64,000 nucleotides of DNA, from positions 1,838 to 65,837 of the forward strand of contig JACRIZ010000008.1 in assembly GCA_016235765.1 (NCBI GenBank), read 5' to 3'. Both the position numbers and the translations under genes were made by a program. The notes under the pieces are model-generated. The model was not told where the DNA came from. It did not search any database and saw nothing but the letters and a program-made list of their open reading frames with translations. This document shows, in pieces, positions 60,306 to 64,000 of this stretch (positions are counted from its first letter, which is position 1; the number at the start of each line of letters is the position of its first letter). This DNA is from Rhodocyclales bacterium (lineage in GTDB: Bacteria; Pseudomonadota; Gammaproteobacteria; Burkholderiales; Rhodocyclaceae).

Positions 60306-61229
60306 TTACAGATCGGCCAGAACCTTGATATGCGCCGAGACGCTGCGCGCCAGGGCCGAAAGGGAATAGCCGCCTTCGAGCATGGACACGATGCGGCCCT
60401 GGGCGCTTTCCCTCGCCACGGCCTTCATCTGCTCGGTAACCCAGGCGTAGTCGGACTCGACCAGCCCGATGGAACCCATGTCGTCCTCGTAGTGGGCGTC
60501 GAAGCCGGCCGAGATGTACACCAGCTCCGGCGCGAACTCGCGCAGCCTGGGCAGCCAGGTCTCGGTGACGATCTCGCGGAAGCGGTCGCCGCGGGTGCCG
60601 GCCTTGATCGGCACATTGACCATGTTGGGCGCCGGATCCTCGGTGCCGCAATAGGGATAGAACGGATGCTGGAAGGTGCCGACCATCAGCACGTTCGGAT
60701 CGTTGGCGAAGATGTCTTCGGTACCGTTGCCATGGTGCACGTCGAAATCGACGATGGCCACGCGCTTGAGGCCCCACTGCTCGATGCCATGCGCGGCCGC
60801 GACCGCGATGTTGTTGAAGAAGCAGAAACCCATCGCCTTGGCGCGTTCGGCATGGTGGCCGGGCGGGCGGATGGCGCAGAAGGCGTTCGGCGCCTCGCCG
60901 CGCATGACGATGTCGGTTGCCAGTATTCCCGCCCCTGCCGAGCGCAGCGCCGCCCGCCAGGTGCCGGGGCTCATGGCGGTATCGGGATCGACGTGGTGGA
61001 TGCCGTGCTCGGGGGCGCTCTCCTCGAGCATTTCGATGTACTTGCGCGGATGCACGCGCAGCAACTGTTCCATTTCGGCCAGCGGCGCGTCGTGAAAGGA
61101 CAGGTAGAGATCGAGTCCGGCGGCGATGAGGCGGTCCTGGATGGCACCGAGGCGCTCCGGGCACTCCGGATGATGTGCGCCCATGTCGTGACGCCAGCAG
61201 TCGCGATGGGTGATGAAAGCGGTAGTCAT
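60306..61229 (-). CDS. histone-deacetylase-family (acetoin utilisation/acetylpolyamine amidohydrolase-like) protein
   Basis: The ATG at 61229 (MTTAFITH...) starts the coding part of the 500-aa track ORF. RPPGHHAE, DFDVHHGNGTEDIF. Confidence 0.8.
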   Translation of the reverse strand: MTTAFITHRDCWRHDMGAHHPECPERLGAIQDRLIAAGLDLYLSFHDAPLAEMEQLLRVHPRKYIEMLEESAPEHGIHHVDPDTAMSPGTWRAALRSAGAGILATDIVMRGEAPNAFCAIRPPGHHAERAKAMGFCFFNNIAVAAAHGIEQWGLKRVAIVDFDVHHGNGTEDIFANDPNVLMVGTFQHPFYPYCGTEDPAPNMVNVPIKAGTRGDRFREIVTETWLPRLREFAPELVYISAGFDAHYEDDMGSIGLVESDYAWVTEQMKAVARESAQGRIVSMLEGGYSLSALARSVSAHIKVLADL

Positions 61230-61329
61230 TTGGGGATTGACATACAATCGATTCGAATTTCGATTATGAACTTGTTTTACTGCATTTTGCCTCAATTCTA
61301 GCCGCCAGCAGCCACAAGAGCCCAGCCCC

Positions 61330-62262
61330 ATGCGTTCCCCCAGCCAGGACAGCCCGCAGAGCCCGATGGACAGCGTCGTCGCTGCCGCCGGCCATGTCAT
61401 ACTGGGCAAGGACAGGCAATTGCGGCTGGCGCTGGCTTGTCTGCTGGCGCGCGGCCATCTGCTGATCGAGGACCTGCCCGGCGTCGGCAAGACCACGCTG
61501 GCGCACGTACTGGCGCAACTCCTGGGCCTGCACTTCCAGCGCATCCAGTTCACCAGCGACATGCTGCCCGCCGACATCCTCGGCGTCTCGATCTTCGACC
61601 GCGACAGCGGTGCCTTCAACTTCCATCCCGGCCCGATTTTCTCGCAGGTGGTACTCGCCGACGAGATCAACCGCGCCACGCCGAAGACGCAAAGCGCGCT
61701 GCTCGAAGCCATGGAGGAACGCCAGGTGACCGCCGAAGGCCAGACGCGGCCGCTGCCGTCGCCCTTCTTTGTCATCGCCACCCAGAACCCGGCGCACCAG
61801 ATCGGCACCTTCCCGCTGCCGGAATCGCAGCTCGACCGCTTCCTGATGAAGATCGAACTCGGCTATCCCGACCGTGCCGCCGAACGCGAACTGCTGGCCG
61901 GCGCCGACCGCCGAGAGGTGCTGGCCGGCATGGCGCCCTGCCTGTCGCCGACCGAACTGCAGGGCTATCAGGAATCGGTGCGCCGCGTGCACGTCTCCGA
62001 CGCCCTGATCGACTACGTGCAGGCGCTGGTCGCGCGCACGCGCGAGTCGGCCGAGTGGCAGGCCGGCCTGTCGCCGCGAGCCGCGCTGGCGCTGCTGGCC
62101 TCGGCGCGCGCCTGGGCCTGGCTGGCCGGCCGCGACCACGTGCTGCCCGAGGACATCCAGGCCGTGCTGCCCGGCGTCGCCGGCCACCGCCTGCGCCCGG
62201 CCGGCGAAACACCCGCCGCCGGCAGCATCGAGCGACTGATCGCCGCCGTCCCGATTCCGTAA
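61330..62262 (+). CDS. MoxR-family AAA+ ATPase
   Basis: IEDLPGVGKTTLA (Walker A), LADEINRATPKTQSALLEAMEERQVT. Confidence 0.9.
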   Translation: MRSPSQDSPQSPMDSVVAAAGHVILGKDRQLRLALACLLARGHLLIEDLPGVGKTTLAHVLAQLLGLHFQRIQFTSDMLPADILGVSIFDRDSGAFNFHPGPIFSQVVLADEINRATPKTQSALLEAMEERQVTAEGQTRPLPSPFFVIATQNPAHQIGTFPLPESQLDRFLMKIELGYPDRAAERELLAGADRREVLAGMAPCLSPTELQGYQESVRRVHVSDALIDYVQALVARTRESAEWQAGLSPRAALALLASARAWAWLAGRDHVLPEDIQAVLPGVAGHRLRPAGETPAAGSIERLIAAVPIP

Positions 62263-62266
62263 GCCC

Positions 62267-63229
62267 ATGAACCCGGCCGCCGCACTCCGGGAGCAATTCA
62301 TCCGCTGGGCCCTGCGCGTCAAGCCGCCGGAAGCATCGCCGGTCGTCCTCGGCCAGCGCCGCGTCTATGTGCTGCCGACGCGCGCCGGCCTCGGCTTCGC
62401 CGCAGCGCTCCTGACCATGCTGGTCGGCAGCATCAACTACAACCTCAGCCTGGGCTACGTGCTGACCTTCCTGCTCGCCGGGCTGGGCGTCGTCGCCATC
62501 CTGCACACCTTCCGCAATCTGGTGCGCCTGAAAGTCAGCCGCGGCAGGACGCCTGCCGTCTTCGCCGGCGAGCACGCCAGCTTCCATGTCGTGTTGGCGA
62601 GCGACATCGAACGCCATGCGATCCGGTTGTGGTTGCCCGAAGGGGAAGGCACCACGGTCGACCTCGCTGCCGGCGACAGCGCCGATGCCTGCCTGCGCCT
62701 GCCGACGACGCGGCGCGGCTGGCTCGCCCTGCCGCGTTTCGGCCTGGAGACCACCTGGCCGCTCGGCCTGATCCGCGCCTGGGCCTACTGCGCACCCGAC
62801 CTGCGCTGCCTCGTCTATCCGCAGCCGGCCGCCAAGGCGCCACCGCTGCCCTGGGGCGCCGGCGAGCAGGGCGGCCGACGCACCGGCGGGCGGGGCAACG
62901 ACGACTTCGCCGGCCTGCGCGGCCACCAGCTTGCCGATCCGCCGCGCCACGTCGCCTGGAAGACCGCTGCGCGCCACGGCGCGGATGCGCCGCTGCTGAC
63001 CAAGCAGTTCGACGGCACCGCGACAGCGCGCATCTGGCTCGACTGGCAGGACGCGCCGGGCGAGGACGACGAAGCGCGCCTGTCCATCCTCACCCGCTGG
63101 GCACTCGACGCGCACGCCGCCGGCCTCGACTGGGGCCTGGGCTTGCCGGCGCGCAGCATTGCGCCGGCGTCGGGCGAGGCACACCTGCAAACGGCGCTGA
63201 CCGCGCTGGCGCTCCATGGCCAGGCCTAG
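62267..63229 (+). CDS. DUF58-family protein
   Basis: Position after MoxR, two N-terminal TM helices, DDFAGLRGH. Family assigned from context and memory. Confidence 0.65.
   Translation: MNPAAALREQFIRWALRVKPPEASPVVLGQRRVYVLPTRAGLGFAAALLTMLVGSINYNLSLGYVLTFLLAGLGVVAILHTFRNLVRLKVSRGRTPAVFAGEHASFHVVLASDIERHAIRLWLPEGEGTTVDLAAGDSADACLRLPTTRRGWLALPRFGLETTWPLGLIRAWAYCAPDLRCLVYPQPAAKAPPLPWGAGEQGGRRTGGRGNDDFAGLRGHQLADPPRHVAWKTAARHGADAPLLTKQFDGTATARIWLDWQDAPGEDDEARLSILTRWALDAHAAGLDWGLGLPARSIAPASGEAHLQTALTALALHGQA
62531..62553 (-). repeat. 23-nt motif copy h (19/23)
   Basis: Reverse complement is GGCGTCCTGCCGCGGCTGACTTT in the DUF58 gene. Read antisense as KVSRGRT. Confidence 0.7.
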
Positions 63230-64000
63230 CGCCACGCCCCTCACGCCGGCACAGACCTGGTGGCTGATCGCCACCGGCGTCGCCGTCATTGCGCCGCTGG
63301 CAGTGCACGTGCAAGCCTGGCTCACCGCGGCCGCGGCGCTGGCGCTGGTCTGGCGTGCCGCCCTGGCCTGGCAGCGCGCGCCGCTGCCGTCGCGCTGGCT
63401 GCTGCTGTTCCTGGTCGTCGCCGGCTGTGCCGGCGTGCTGTGGCAATTCCGCACCCTGCTCGGCCAGAATCCGGGCGTCGCCCTGCTGATCATCTTCCTC
63501 GCCCTCAAGCACCTCGAGGCGCGCAGCACGCGTGACGGCCTGGCCATCGTCTTCCTCGCCTTCTTCCTGACGCTGGCCCAGTTCTTCTACAGCCAGGTGA
63601 TTCCCGCCGCCATCGCCTCGGCGGCCGGCGTGCTGGTCGCGACCGCGACCCTGCTCGCCCTGGCCGATTCCCGCGCCGCGCCCCCCGTGGTGCTGCGCCG
63701 CGCCGGCGTCATGCTGCTGCAGGCGATGCCGCTCATGCTGCTGCTGTTCGTGCTCTTCCCGCGCATCCAGGGGCCGCTGTGGGCGCTGCCGCGCGACGCC
63801 GGCGGCGCCACCACGGGGCTCTCCGAAACGATGGCGCCGGGCAGCATCAGCCAGCTTTCGCAGTCCGACGCCATCGCCTTCCGGGCCCGCTTTCCGGAAC
63901 GCGTGCCGGCGCAAAAGCAACTCTATTGGCGCGGTCCCGTGCTGCCGGAATTCGACGGCCGCACCTGGCGACCGATCAACGAGAGACCGCAGGCAAGCCT
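63216..64000 (+). CDS. DUF3488/transglutaminase-like membrane protein (5' part, runs off the window)
   Basis: My own translation from ATG 63216 (MARPSATPLTPAQTWWLIATGVAVIAPL...LIIFLALKHLEARSTRDG...). Not in the track because there is no stop in the window. Third member of the usual MoxR-DUF58-TGase triad. Confidence 0.6.
   Translation, partial: MARPSATPLTPAQTWWLIATGVAVIAPLAVHVQAWLTAAAALALVWRAALAWQRAPLPSRWLLLFLVVAGCAGVLWQFRTLLGQNPGVALLIIFLALKHLEARSTRDGLAIVFLAFFLTLAQFFYSQVIPAAIASAAGVLVATATLLALADSRAAPPVVLRRAGVMLLQAMPLMLLLFVLFPRIQGPLWALPRDAGGATTGLSETMAPGSISQLSQSDAIAFRARFPERVPAQKQLYWRGPVLPEFDGRTWRPINERPQAS

Overview
This is a high-GC proteobacterial chromosome segment. The gene content points to a Rhodocyclales/Azoarcus-type diazotroph, but that is inferred from gene content only, with no database search. 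The window holds a dispersed nitrogen-fixation accessory region:
- draT at about 2.7 kb.
- A minus-strand block nifB-fdxN-(ArsC-like)-(flavodiiron)-2x[2Fe-2S]Fdx-draG at 15.0-20.1 kb.
- nifLA divergent from an rseC-like gene plus rnfABCDGEH at 28.5-37.6 kb.
- nifVWZM at 41.2-44.0 kb.

These are interleaved with housekeeping genes (leuA, parE/parC, lysC, dapA-bamC, rlmD, queD, three tRNAs, MoxR-DUF58-transglutaminase) and several c-di-GMP proteins. The six-frame track contains many long antisense 'shadow' ORFs typical of high-GC DNA, which I did not call. Two real genes run off the window ends and are absent from the track (1..1459 minus, 63216..64000 plus).

Main leads:
1. A 23-nt motif, GGCGTGCCACCACGGCTGACTTT, recurs at least 12 times on both strands. 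It sits in variable linkers of conserved genes (draT, nifB, nifA, rnfE, parC x2, DUF58) and at gene boundaries, and it is read in different frames. That argues for constraint at the DNA level.
2. A well-formed NifA-UAS plus sigma54 promoter precedes a translationally coupled SIR2-like/hemerythrin gene pair next to draG.
3. A PilZ-domain gene sits directly downstream of draT.
4. A perfect FNR-type box lies upstream of a PAS-GAF-GGDEF-EAL/hemerythrin pair wedged between rnf and nifMZWV.
5. sigma54 promoter-like elements at nifV and nifL predict near-leaderless transcripts.
6. A small secreted, cationic, proline-rich peptide gene is present.

I saw no CRISPR array, rRNA, transposase or integrase. 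All coordinates and motif counts were worked out by eye and should be re-verified computationally.
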